A stretch of 63,988 nucleotides of DNA, filler included, from an uncultured bacterium (GTDB taxonomy: Bacteria; CAZSTA01): assembly GCA_964609495.1 (NCBI GenBank). It is 4 parts of 4 records of this genome, joined end to end, with 100 filler letters (N's around TTAATTAATTAA, not from the genome) between each part and the next. Parts side by side here need not be neighbours in the genome. Positions count along the whole stretch, not along the records: positions 1 to 19,490 come from CAZSTA010000054.1; 3 more parts are not named here. The stretch is one strand, 5' to 3'. The notes beneath the pieces are model-generated. The model had not been told where the DNA came from and did not search any database. It saw only the letters and a list, made by a program, of their open reading frames with translations. Below, piece after piece: positions 10,500-19,490 of this stretch. The stretch's first letter is position 1, and each line of letters begins with the position of its first letter. Made by a program: the position numbers and the translations under genes.

Positions 10500-11552
10500 T
10501 CATCTTCTGGGCAATCTCAATTCGACTGGAAGCATCTCTGGGAATTTCTTGTGAGGCTCGGTCTGATACCAATAGGCTACACTTGAGTAATCATTGGCCT
10601 GATCATTAGCATGCCCATGCTCGATAGTTACCCTGATCGACTTCTGAAAATTGATAGCATCCTCGATATGGAAGCGGTAGATACTCCATTTTCCACCCCA
10701 TTCATTGGTATCGCTGCCTAAAGATATGCCGTGATATGGTCCCGAATACTCTCCGGTAGGGAAGCCCCAAGCCACGCAGAAATAATCCTCGGTCCCAGTT
10801 CCGTGTAAGGAAGGGGGCCATTTCTCGCCATCGATGAAGATCATATCATCACCCTCGCCGAACCAGGTATATCTCTGATGAAAGGCGTTGATATTATCAA
10901 CGCTGAGGACACAACCTACGTAATGTCCTCTACCCTCGGCTTCCAAGATAACGTAATTCTCATCACCCGTGAGATTGATCTCTTTGTCTGGATCTGGATA
11001 CTCCACAGCTTTACAGGGATTCTCCCTCCTCCACTGGGCATGAAATCTTCCCTGATCTTCAGCTAGGGAATCATACCCCTCATAGTCTATATAGTAGTAG
11101 AAAGATCTTATGGGAATTTCGCATTGATTATCGATCTCGATCCTTGCGGATTCGGCGAAGGGCATCGGGAAGTAGCAGTTCATTCCCGCTTGAGTTCCTC
11201 TTCCCGGCCCCTTGGTCATGCTCAAGGGCAGAGATACGAAGTGGTTAGCTATCGCATGCCCCACTCCGAAGAAATCCCCTACGGGAGCCTCTACACTGGG
11301 ATTCTCCTCTCCGTCCCAGAACATCCTCAGGAGAGTTTTGCGGAGATAGAGCTCGTCCTCACACCAGATAGTAAACCAGATGTGCCTGATGCAACCTGCT
11401 CCCTTGATATCAGCTAAGGTAGCGGTAGATAGTGGCTCGATAGTAATACGATCTCTATTTCCTCCAGTCTTATCCCAACTCGATACTCTCTTGCTACGAT
11501 AATCCCTCAGAGTTGCCAAAGTTGCCAATGGACTTCCATACATCTTCATCAT
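10500..11552 (-). CDS. DUF2961 / glycoside hydrolase family 172 protein
   Basis: SSWDKTGGNRD, WFGEGD, GTGTEDY, EHGHAN; start at ATG 11552 with AAAGGAGGG RBS. Confidence 0.9.
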   Translation of the reverse strand: MMKMYGSPLATLATLRDYRSKRVSSWDKTGGNRDRITIEPLSTATLADIKGAGCIRHIWFTIWCEDELYLRKTLLRMFWDGEENPSVEAPVGDFFGVGHAIANHFVSLPLSMTKGPGRGTQAGMNCYFPMPFAESARIEIDNQCEIPIRSFYYYIDYEGYDSLAEDQGRFHAQWRRENPCKAVEYPDPDKEINLTGDENYVILEAEGRGHYVGCVLSVDNINAFHQRYTWFGEGDDMIFIDGEKWPPSLHGTGTEDYFCVAWGFPTGEYSGPYHGISLGSDTNEWGGKWSIYRFHIEDAINFQKSIRVTIEHGHANDQANDYSSVAYWYQTEPHKKFPEMLPVELRLPRR

Positions 11553-11701
11553 AAATGATATCCCTCCTTTCGCTATGATATAATTTGCAGAATCAAACCC
11601 CAGATTGGAAATAAATACTCCTAGTTTGCTTATAGAATTAATCCTCACTTTGCTCGCTATAAGCTAATCATAGATATATGACTTCCCAGACTACCTTAAT
11701 G

Positions 11702-11929
11702 TTAATGCAGAGTCTCCAATCCATCACCAAGTCCATAATCTCGATTAATAATTATACGCCTTATCGGTATTAGCTTAGCTCTGACCTCCAGCGGATCATT
11801 GGAGATGAGCATATCTTCTCCACAGTTGGGGCAGAAATTGACATCTATGCTGGTAGCATACCAGACGTTATAGCAGTTACTACATTTATATTCGTATAAA
11901 GTTGTCTCTACAGATTCAACCCTTCCCAT
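11702..11929 (-). CDS. small zinc-ribbon protein
   Basis: YEYKCSNC ... CPNCG; GGGGAG RBS; directly downstream of the Cys-tail protein. Confidence 0.7.
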   Translation of the reverse strand: MGRVESVETTLYEYKCSNCYNVWYATSIDVNFCPNCGEDMLISNDPLEVRAKLIPIRRIIINRDYGLGDGLETLH

Positions 11930-11956
11930 TTCTAAGCTCCCCCTTCGTAATTAAAT

Positions 11957-13627
11957 TTAGAATCCTCCTCCTGAAGCACAGGCACAAGCACAAGAGACGC
12001 AAGCACAGGCGCAGGCACATGATGCACAAGCACAGACACAGCTCTTGTGAGCATGGGCGATGCTCTTAGCGGCACTTGAAAGACGTGGCGTGGAGACCGA
12101 GGTTTTTAAGGCTTCCCTGTTCGTTCCTACCTCTTTCTCTACCCCTCTCATCCCTCGGTTCAATTCGCGAGAGAACTCTCCCCCTCGATATGAGCCCCGT
12201 CCCAGGTTATACCAGAACCACCAACTATAATTCGGAGTATAGACCACCCGGACATCTCGGAAGGTATCTTTACTTCTATCCTCGAACTTACTATCTGACA
12301 TAAGCCATTGCATATCCCTGCCGAAGAGGCGATATTTCTCCTCATCGCTAGCTTCCTTCAGATTAGCCCAGTATTCATCTATCTTCTTCCTATAGTGTTC
12401 CCTAGTCCCTATCACATCGTAACCTGTCATCTTACTTTCCACTTCTTTAGCCAGATTCTTCAGGACTATCTTAACCCCCTCGAAATCCAATTTATTTCCC
12501 TTGAAACCTTGAAGCAGAAAATCCCTTTCGTAATAATTGAGCTTATCGCTGATAGTGATCTCCGTGCTACAATATTCGCACTTCAGATGCTCGCCAAATT
12601 TCTCCGCGGGAACTGGAGCACCGCAGTTGGGACAGCGGAGTGATTTTATCTCCTCCTGCCCGATCATCTCCACTTGCAGAGGCTCCCAACCGAGGATCTT
12701 TATCCGCCCCTTTTTCACTAAACTGAAGAGGATTATGTTAACTATACGGACTGGATCTGCTTCCAACAATACCGCGCTCTCTGCCGGATCCAGGTTCTTA
12801 TTAATCCCTAAGCTCTCGATCTTCATTTTAGGAGCTTTGTATTGCGATTTCCTAAAGCTACCTATGACACTGAATGCAATTACACTGATGACGATTATGA
12901 CGAAAATGGTAGCAAAGGATGATCCTGGCGATTTTCTGGTAGTGGTAGGCGTTGGGTAAGTCGGTCTCTTTGTTGCCACGGAGGTTACATACTGCTTGGG
13001 GAAGGATACCCCACAATCGAAATCACGAGGGTCGATATTCTCTCTCTCCCAATAAACGGTGGTTCTTCCCGATTCTTCTCTGATGGTGGCGTTGGTGGGT
13101 TTCGTTCCCGTCTCCTCTGGGGTCACCCCCTCGGGAAGGAAGAACTTAACTCTTAAAACTTTAACCTTTCCCCCCTCCCACCAGGCGGGAATGAATTCGA
13201 CTCCTACTCGCCCCTCGGTATCAACGAAGACCATATCCTTTACAAAGAAGTTGATCTTAAGATCAGTTATGTCGCCTTTATAGGCAGTGGTGGGAAAATA
13301 AACCTTCAGGACATCCTGTCCATTTACAACCTCCTGGGAATATTTGACCATTCTCCCTCCTGAGGAGGCTCCATAGTCATATATATTTGCGTGGGGTATG
13401 CCTAGATATATCCCCCCTTGCGATTCGGAGGTGGTCTTTATATCTAAGTAATACCAGACCTCTAGGGTCCCCTCGGAATGGATAGTAAGTTCTACATTCT
13501 GAGATAGGACTTGGAAGTCAACAGCCTCTGCAGACTCAATTATCCCTAAAAGAACTATCCCTAAGATCAGAAATAGCTCTATAATTTTGCTCAGGTCGAT
13601 CTTCTTATTACGAACTTTTCTTAACAT
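11957..13627 (-). CDS. membrane protein: signal peptide, DUF2207-like extracytoplasmic domain, TM helix, Zn ribbon, C-terminal (CA)n Cys-rich tail
   Basis: AEA cleavage-like site, P/T-rich linker, FVIIVISVIAF helix, CPNC..CEYC, C-terminus CVCACASCACACACVSCACACASGGGF. Confidence 0.8.
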   Translation of the reverse strand: MLRKVRNKKIDLSKIIELFLILGIVLLGIIESAEAVDFQVLSQNVELTIHSEGTLEVWYYLDIKTTSESQGGIYLGIPHANIYDYGASSGGRMVKYSQEVVNGQDVLKVYFPTTAYKGDITDLKINFFVKDMVFVDTEGRVGVEFIPAWWEGGKVKVLRVKFFLPEGVTPEETGTKPTNATIREESGRTTVYWERENIDPRDFDCGVSFPKQYVTSVATKRPTYPTPTTTRKSPGSSFATIFVIIVISVIAFSVIGSFRKSQYKAPKMKIESLGINKNLDPAESAVLLEADPVRIVNIILFSLVKKGRIKILGWEPLQVEMIGQEEIKSLRCPNCGAPVPAEKFGEHLKCEYCSTEITISDKLNYYERDFLLQGFKGNKLDFEGVKIVLKNLAKEVESKMTGYDVIGTREHYRKKIDEYWANLKEASDEEKYRLFGRDMQWLMSDSKFEDRSKDTFRDVRVVYTPNYSWWFWYNLGRGSYRGGEFSRELNRGMRGVEKEVGTNREALKTSVSTPRLSSAAKSIAHAHKSCVCACASCACACACVSCACACASGGGF

Positions 13628-13668
13628 AATATGGTTCTCCTCGATACTTATTAGAGAAAATAATTACC

Positions 13669-13697
13669 TTGCGATATTAACCAGGATGAGTTATAAT
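13669..13697 (+). promoter_or_regulatory. sigma70-type promoter for the radical SAM gene
   Basis: TTGCGA-17-TATAAT. Confidence 0.6.
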
Positions 13698-13698
13698 A

Positions 13699-13727
13699 AT
13701 TATAGCTTATTTTACTAGAATTGTAAA
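13699..13727 (-). promoter_or_regulatory. sigma70-type promoter for the Cys-tail protein operon
   Basis: TTTACA-17-TATAAT on the minus strand. Confidence 0.6.
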
Positions 13728-13759
13728 GAGAAGATCGGGAAAATTTGGGGGGCTTTTCT

Positions 13760-15028
13760 ATGTATAAAAGTTTGGAGTTAGATGGCCGAAAACTTAGGTT
13801 GAATTTGAGAGAGGAAGACGAAGGAGGAATACTTAATATTAATGGCTCTCACATCGTATTCCTCAACGAAACCGCCACCTTTTATACCAAGATGATTATG
13901 GAAGAGCTGGATATAAAAGATGTTATCAAAAGGGTGCGAAGGAAGTATAGAGTTAGCAGAAAACAAATCGAGGATGATTACAAAAATATATATTTCAATA
14001 TCTTAACTTTGGCTACTAGGAGAGATGTCTGTCCTTTTAGTCTATTAGGGGTGGAAAGAGTAGAACCTTTCTCTGCCGAGCTTAAAGCACCCTATCGCTT
14101 CGATCTTGCTCTGACATATCGGTGTAATAACAACTGCGATTATTGTTATACCGGCGGACCTCGAGAGATGAAGGAATTAACAACTGAGGAGTGGGAAAGG
14201 GTTATTCGCAAAGCAGAGGAATTAGAAGTGCCTACTTTGGTGTTCACCGGAGGAGAAGCGATATTAAGGGATGATTTAGCCCATCTCTTGGATATAAGTC
14301 AGGATTTTGTCACTGGTTTGATCACCAATGGTCGACTCTTGACTAAGGATAAATTAAAGGAATTGGATAAAGTGGGACTGGACTTTATTCAGATAAGTTT
14401 AGAGAGTGCCGATTCTGAGATACATAATAAGATGGTGGGAGTGAGAGGAGCGTGGGAGGAAACAGTAGAGGGATTGAGGAACGCTATCGATACCCTGATC
14501 TATACGACGACTAATACTACCCTAACTCAATATAACAAGGATGGTGTTCTGGAACTTCTCGATTTTCTCCATAGTATAGGAGTTCAGAACTTCTCTTTGA
14601 ACTCGATAATTCGCTCTGGTAGGGGAGAGAGCGTCCCTTATGCGCTGACTTCGGAGGAATTAGATGATATAGTCCCTAAAATTAAGGAAAGGGCAGATGA
14701 GAAGGGGATGCGCTTGACCTGGTTTACTCCTACTCGCTATTGTGAGTTCGATCCTATACGATATGGTTTAGGGATAAAGGTCTGTTCAGCCGCTTATATA
14801 AACGTAGCTATCGAGCCAGATGGAAGGGTGATCCCCTGCCAATCCTGGCTTAAGGAGGGGATGGGATATATCTTAGAGGATAATTGGGATGACATTTGGA
14901 ATTCAGACCTAGCGAAATCTATTAGAAAGAAGGAGTATATGCCGGAGGAGTGTGCTGATTGTCCTAGAATAGATAATTGTAGTGCTGGATGCCCTTTAGA
15001 TAAATATTGTGCTTCCTCGGTAGGGTAA
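13760..15028 (+). CDS. radical SAM/SPASM enzyme with N-terminal PqqD/RRE-like domain
   Basis: LNETA...Y.V.....DY RRE pattern; CNNNCDYC; TGGE; SPASM CSAA..PDGRVIPC...CADC.....CSAGC; start could also be TTG 13745. Confidence 0.9.
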   Translation: MYKSLELDGRKLRLNLREEDEGGILNINGSHIVFLNETATFYTKMIMEELDIKDVIKRVRRKYRVSRKQIEDDYKNIYFNILTLATRRDVCPFSLLGVERVEPFSAELKAPYRFDLALTYRCNNNCDYCYTGGPREMKELTTEEWERVIRKAEELEVPTLVFTGGEAILRDDLAHLLDISQDFVTGLITNGRLLTKDKLKELDKVGLDFIQISLESADSEIHNKMVGVRGAWEETVEGLRNAIDTLIYTTTNTTLTQYNKDGVLELLDFLHSIGVQNFSLNSIIRSGRGESVPYALTSEELDDIVPKIKERADEKGMRLTWFTPTRYCEFDPIRYGLGIKVCSAAYINVAIEPDGRVIPCQSWLKEGMGYILEDNWDDIWNSDLAKSIRKKEYMPEECADCPRIDNCSAGCPLDKYCASSVG

Positions 15029-15041
15029 TAGGAGGTGGCAG

Positions 15042-15686
15042 ATGACTATCCTCAGTTCTATAAAGATAAATTGTCCTATATGTGGAAAAGGATTCAAGAC
15101 AAGAGTCGTATTATCGGTGGATCAGATGGGAACTTATACCGATTTTAAACCGATAGTAGGAGGGACTTTTCCTTTTCCCTATTATATTCATATCTGCCCC
15201 GAATGTGGATATACTGGCACTAAGGATGATTTTGAAGGGGATGTTGAACCCGAACTGAGGAACAAAATCCTTAAATATCTTTCCCCTCTTGTTGCAGACG
15301 AAGTTCCCGAGGGAGCGGAGAAATATGAATACGCCGCTTGGTGCGCCCAGTGGCGTGGAGCAGGTCCAACTGATATCGCTGATCTTTATCTCAAAGCGGC
15401 CTGGTGCTCTCAGGAGGAGAAGAATCCAAAAGACGAAAGAGCCTATAGAGAACGAGCACTAGAGTTCTTCAAGGTCGCTCTTGAGCTAGGGGTTGTATCC
15501 AGGAAGGAACGAGCGATGATCACTTATCTTATTGGAGAGTTATATCGGAGGATTGGGAAAAGGGAGGAGGCTGATCTTTGGTTCGAGAGGGTTCCAGGGG
15601 AGATGATGAATGAGGAGGAACAGAGGTGGATCTTAAAGGCGGCCGAACAGCAGAAAAATAATCCGAGAGAGAGCTTCGAGAAATGA
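15042..15686 (+). CDS. DUF2225 family Zn-binding / TPR-like protein
   Basis: CPICG..F, DF, CPECGY, LKAAW, YLIGEL.RR.G...EA..WF. Confidence 0.8.
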   Translation: MTILSSIKINCPICGKGFKTRVVLSVDQMGTYTDFKPIVGGTFPFPYYIHICPECGYTGTKDDFEGDVEPELRNKILKYLSPLVADEVPEGAEKYEYAAWCAQWRGAGPTDIADLYLKAAWCSQEEKNPKDERAYRERALEFFKVALELGVVSRKERAMITYLIGELYRRIGKREEADLWFERVPGEMMNEEEQRWILKAAEQQKNNPRESFEK

Positions 15687-15811
15687 AGAGAGCATTTTGA
15701 CTACACGTTGGGAGATTTACGATTGCTCCTGTAAAGCACTATTATTTAGAGAGAAGATATCAAAATTGTGATTAAAGATCGGCGTCAAACCTAAATTGAT
15801 TGAAATACGAA

Positions 15812-15838
15812 AGCGATCGGGTCTTATATCCGATCGCT
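15812..15838. terminator. bidirectional terminator-like hairpin
   Basis: AGCGATCGG-N9-CCGATCGCT between convergent genes. Confidence 0.55.
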
Positions 15839-15874
15839 ATAAATTATACTTAATCGATCTATAGCTTGGGGTCG

Positions 15875-17053
15875 CTATCTTCTCAATAGAGTGATCAATA
15901 GAAAAGATGATAATAATGCCATTATCGCTCCATAGGAGAAAGCAGCCACCGGACTGATCGCTTGCCATAATATACCTGTGATCAGGCTAGCAGGGAATAC
16001 CGCGATCCCTGTCAGAGTATGAAACATCCCTAAACCTGTAGCCCGAATGCTGGAGGGGAGAAGATCGGAGGCGAAAGCTCGTAATACCCCTTGTGTTAAG
16101 CCATGATACAGTCCATAGATGGAGAATAGTATCCACATATGGATCGCTTTGGTGGAAAAGGCGAAACCTAAATATACCAAGCCAAATACGATTAGCCCAG
16201 CAACTATAACCTTTCTTCTTCCAATTCTGTCGGAGATGATCCCCGCAGGAGTTGAGGCTATGGAATAGACGATATTGAAGAGTAGATACACTATAGGGAT
16301 CATACCTGCCCTTATTCCTAAATTCTCCGCTCTCAGGATAATAAAAGCATCACTAGAATTTCCCAGGGTGAAGAAAGTAATGATGAAGAGAAATATCTTG
16401 AAATCCCGGTCGAATATCTTTAGATCGAAGATCGGTAAGGTTCTCTCCTCCCCTTCCTTCTTTCTCTCTCGAACAAAGAAGATTATGACTAATACCGCGA
16501 GGAGGGCGGGAATAAAGGAGAGCAAAAATATCTTTCGATAATCACCTAAAAACACGGGGAGAAAGATAAAAGCTAGGAATGGACCAAGTGCTGCTCCTAA
16601 GGTATCCATACTTCGATGAAAGCCGAAGGCTTTGCCCCTCTCTCCTTCCGCGGCTGAATCGGCTATTATCGCATCTCTCGGAGCTGTTCTGATTCCCTTC
16701 CCCACCCTATCAACGAAGCGAACCGCTAATACGTGGGGCCAACTGGTCGCTAGGGCTAGGAATGGTTTGCCGATAGTGGAGAGACCATAGCCACTGAATA
16801 CTAATGCCTTTCTCTTGTTGATCCTATCCGAGAGCCAACCAGAGAATACCTTGAGCAAGCTGGCGGTGCTCTCCGCGATTCCCTCGATCAGACCGATTAC
16901 GGCTTTATTCACCCCCAACACATTCGCCAGAAATAGGGGAATTAGCGGATATATCATCTCACTACTGGCATCGGTGAGAAAGCTCACTGCCCCTAGATAG
17001 AAGACGTTTCTATTTAAGCCTAATATCTTCCTCTCCTTCTTTTCTATCTTCAT
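15875..17053 (-). CDS. MFS transporter
   Basis: GWLSDRINKRK, DRVGKGIRTAPRDA, GIISDRIGRR; about 12 TM. Confidence 0.92.
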   Translation of the reverse strand: MKIEKKERKILGLNRNVFYLGAVSFLTDASSEMIYPLIPLFLANVLGVNKAVIGLIEGIAESTASLLKVFSGWLSDRINKRKALVFSGYGLSTIGKPFLALATSWPHVLAVRFVDRVGKGIRTAPRDAIIADSAAEGERGKAFGFHRSMDTLGAALGPFLAFIFLPVFLGDYRKIFLLSFIPALLAVLVIIFFVRERKKEGEERTLPIFDLKIFDRDFKIFLFIITFFTLGNSSDAFIILRAENLGIRAGMIPIVYLLFNIVYSIASTPAGIISDRIGRRKVIVAGLIVFGLVYLGFAFSTKAIHMWILFSIYGLYHGLTQGVLRAFASDLLPSSIRATGLGMFHTLTGIAVFPASLITGILWQAISPVAAFSYGAIMALLSSFLLITLLRR

Positions 17054-17074
17054 TTCATCGACCTCCTTAAAGTT

Positions 17075-17629
17075 CTAAACTTCCTTATCCTCTCCTATAA
17101 GTTCATAAACTTTATTGGCGAAATCATTAAGAAGCGCTTCACAATGAGTTATATTCGCTCTAGCTTCATCTTGCAGATCAGCCCCAAACCAGTCCCTAGC
17201 TTTTATCCTCTCAAACCAATTCTTCAACTTCTCCAGTTCCTGCTCCTCTTCCTCGACCTCCTCCGAGGTGAAGTTCTCTATTTTGGTCTCTTTCTCTATC
17301 TCCGCGAAAAATTTCTTACATTGATCTATAAGCTCCTTATACTCCTTATCTCTAGTATCCTTGAATTTCCCTATCAGCTCTTCCTCCTGTTCTGAAGAGA
17401 AAGACGTAGCCTCAAGAAGAGTTGATTCACCACCTAAATCCTTGATCTCCTCATCTAACTTCTTGAACTCATCCTTTAGTTTCTGGAGTTCGGGGATGAT
17501 ACAGACAGAATTTCTTATATATATCGCTCCTATTCTCTTTATCTTCCTCCAAACATAGACTCTATTCCTGGTAGGCTCAGGAGGAATCTTATAGATAAGT
17601 AACAACCAGCTTCGTCCTCTCTCGCTCAT
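17075..17629 (-). CDS. ChrB N-terminal domain protein (putative regulator)
   Basis: WLLLIYKIPPEP..RVYVWRK..RIGA, EYKELI..C, RDWF. Confidence 0.8.
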   Translation of the reverse strand: MSERGRSWLLLIYKIPPEPTRNRVYVWRKIKRIGAIYIRNSVCIIPELQKLKDEFKKLDEEIKDLGGESTLLEATSFSSEQEEELIGKFKDTRDKEYKELIDQCKKFFAEIEKETKIENFTSEEVEEEEQELEKLKNWFERIKARDWFGADLQDEARANITHCEALLNDFANKVYELIGEDKEV

Positions 17630-17649
17630 AATAGCTCCCCCCCCATTAT

Positions 17650-17693
17650 TGTAACAATAGTTACATTGTAATATATGTTACAAATACTGTCAA
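17650..17693 (-). promoter_or_regulatory. promoter TTGACA-17-TACAAT overlapped by two TGTAAY-N4-GTTACA palindromes
   Basis: palindromes at 17650-17665 and 17667-17682; -35 at 17688-17693, -10 at 17665-17670. Confidence 0.75.
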
Positions 17694-17712
17694 TAGGTAT
17701 AGGATAAAAATA

Positions 17713-17744
17713 ATAGGCGTCGAATCACAGAATCCGACGCCTAT
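17713..17744 (-). terminator. intrinsic terminator
   Basis: ATAGGCGTCG...CGACGCCTAT stem followed by a T-rich tract on the minus strand. Confidence 0.65.
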
Positions 17745-17835
17745 AAATAACAAATCTCAAGTGTCGCATAAAAAATAAGGTGGAAAAGAGAAAGGAATTC
17801 TTCTCTTTTGGAATTGAGATGCTAGGGAACTCGGT

Positions 17836-19311
17836 CTATTTTTTATCCTGTTCTACAACCTCAAACCCAATTAGAGCGGCTAGGTTTTTAATTTTATCTC
17901 TAAACTCCCCGTAGAAACAGCACTGATGGTTACCAAATGTTCTATAATCATAATTGTCATAGATTAATTTTGCATTGGTTCTGGCAAGTAATTTTGTGCA
18001 ACAACAAGACTCAAAGAAATCCCTATAAATGGATTCACCAGGGACAAGTTCACCGGTCCAAACTGATATCTTTTTCTCAAGAACATTTACTTTAATTACT
18101 GTAACAGACCCTTCTTGTGGTAGGTCCACATATACTTGAGGTCGTCGTTGTGGTTCTCCCCCTATGCTATAAGGAGCCCTATAATCATCACCATAGGGGT
18201 TAATCGGGGCATTACAATGACAAACTTGGGCTACATTATTAAAGGGGTCTATTGTGGAATCACCGTGAAGTCCTGGTTTACCACTAATATACTCTCCTAA
18301 TACTTGAGTGACCAGACCTTCCATATCTGATTGACAACACGCGGCTATATTATGTAACCTAAATTCCATGAGAGGTATAGAGCCACTAATAAGATATTCC
18401 TCTCCAATAGAATTTGCGAAGGTTTTGCACGAAGACCAGGTCGTGGCATCCATGGTTATGGCATTACATCCATACTCTTTTACGAGTTTATCTGCAGCTA
18501 AATACAACTTGGCTGCTTTCGTTACCTCTTCTTCAGTTACACCCCCTACATTTCTCGTGTTTTTGATAGATCTGGTTGATCTTTGCTCCCTCATCCATCT
18601 TTTGGCAATTTCTCCCGCTTTCTCTTCGTCAATTTTGCCGTACTCTTTAAACAAATCTCTATAATCTACTATAACAGCACGCATACCCAAGAGTTCTTTT
18701 AATCTCTGAAGGTAAATTTCCTGATTGAGCCTCCACCAATGTTCATGAGGTTCTGACCCAAATCCTATCACTTGAACATCCATTATCTTTGCACTTTTCA
18801 TCTTTCTTATAACGTTGAATAATTCAACTTTTTCCACCAAATCATTGAATCTTGCCGCAGATACAGATTCGGAAAGATCGAAAGTGCTGTGAGTAGCAGT
18901 GATAAATTTCGTTCCATATCTTTTCCCCAGAGCTACAGCATTTTTGAAGCCAATTTGCAGAGAGGGAAAAGAATTATAATCCACAAATATTGTGGGTAAT
19001 CCAGTTAAGAAGAACCTTTTATCACATTGAGCAGGGAACATAATTATTCCATCTAAGTCTTTCTTATTCTCCTCTATATACTTAAGAATCTCTCTATTCT
19101 TCGCATCATTCGCATAAGCATTGGGATCTCTTTGAATATTATAGTCTAGCGCATCTTTCCCACCATAGTCTAACCTCTCCTTTAAGACAAATTCAACGTT
19201 GCACCTCCTTTCTAATTCATTCAATAGTTCACTTACAAACTTCTCGGGAATAGAAAAAATTGCACATACCTTTGCTTTTCCATTCATTTCTCCAGCTTTT
19301 TGAACAGCCAT
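17836..19311 (-). CDS. L-fucose/L-arabinose isomerase-like protein
   Basis: KAAKLYLA...YGCNAIT, CQSD (CEGD-like), CHCNAP, GNH...YG. Confidence 0.6.
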   Translation of the reverse strand: MAVQKAGEMNGKAKVCAIFSIPEKFVSELLNELERRCNVEFVLKERLDYGGKDALDYNIQRDPNAYANDAKNREILKYIEENKKDLDGIIMFPAQCDKRFFLTGLPTIFVDYNSFPSLQIGFKNAVALGKRYGTKFITATHSTFDLSESVSAARFNDLVEKVELFNVIRKMKSAKIMDVQVIGFGSEPHEHWWRLNQEIYLQRLKELLGMRAVIVDYRDLFKEYGKIDEEKAGEIAKRWMREQRSTRSIKNTRNVGGVTEEEVTKAAKLYLAADKLVKEYGCNAITMDATTWSSCKTFANSIGEEYLISGSIPLMEFRLHNIAACCQSDMEGLVTQVLGEYISGKPGLHGDSTIDPFNNVAQVCHCNAPINPYGDDYRAPYSIGGEPQRRPQVYVDLPQEGSVTVIKVNVLEKKISVWTGELVPGESIYRDFFESCCCTKLLARTNAKLIYDNYDYRTFGNHQCCFYGEFRDKIKNLAALIGFEVVEQDKK

Positions 19312-19387
19312 GATATTACCTCCTTGAAAATTATTTCGCTCATATTCGCATAAGGTGCGCTAGACTGATCTAATATGAATGAAGGGG

Positions 19388-19490
19388 GTAATTTCCCCCC
19401 TCACCCTATCCCTCTCCCCTCGTGGGAGAGGGAATATCCAGATAGGACTGCTCTTCTTATTCCCCTCCCTCGATGGGAGGGGTTAGGGGA
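19388..19490. repeat. REP/BIME-like palindromic repeat, copy B (at contig end)
   Basis: CCCCCTCACCCTATCCCTCTCCC..GGGAGAGGG followed by CCCCTCCC-TCGAT-GGGAGGGGTTAGGGGA. Confidence 0.85.

Noticed and set aside
11960-12040. GCACA-rich periodic DNA as a microsatellite or CRISPR-like array
   Set aside because: The periodicity comes from Cys-Ala codons with synonymous variation; there is no repeat-spacer structure.
13760-15028. Call as pqqE or anaerobic sulfatase maturase
   Set aside because: No pqqABC genes are present; the only sulfatase-like gene lacks the Cys/Ser target and is on another contig.
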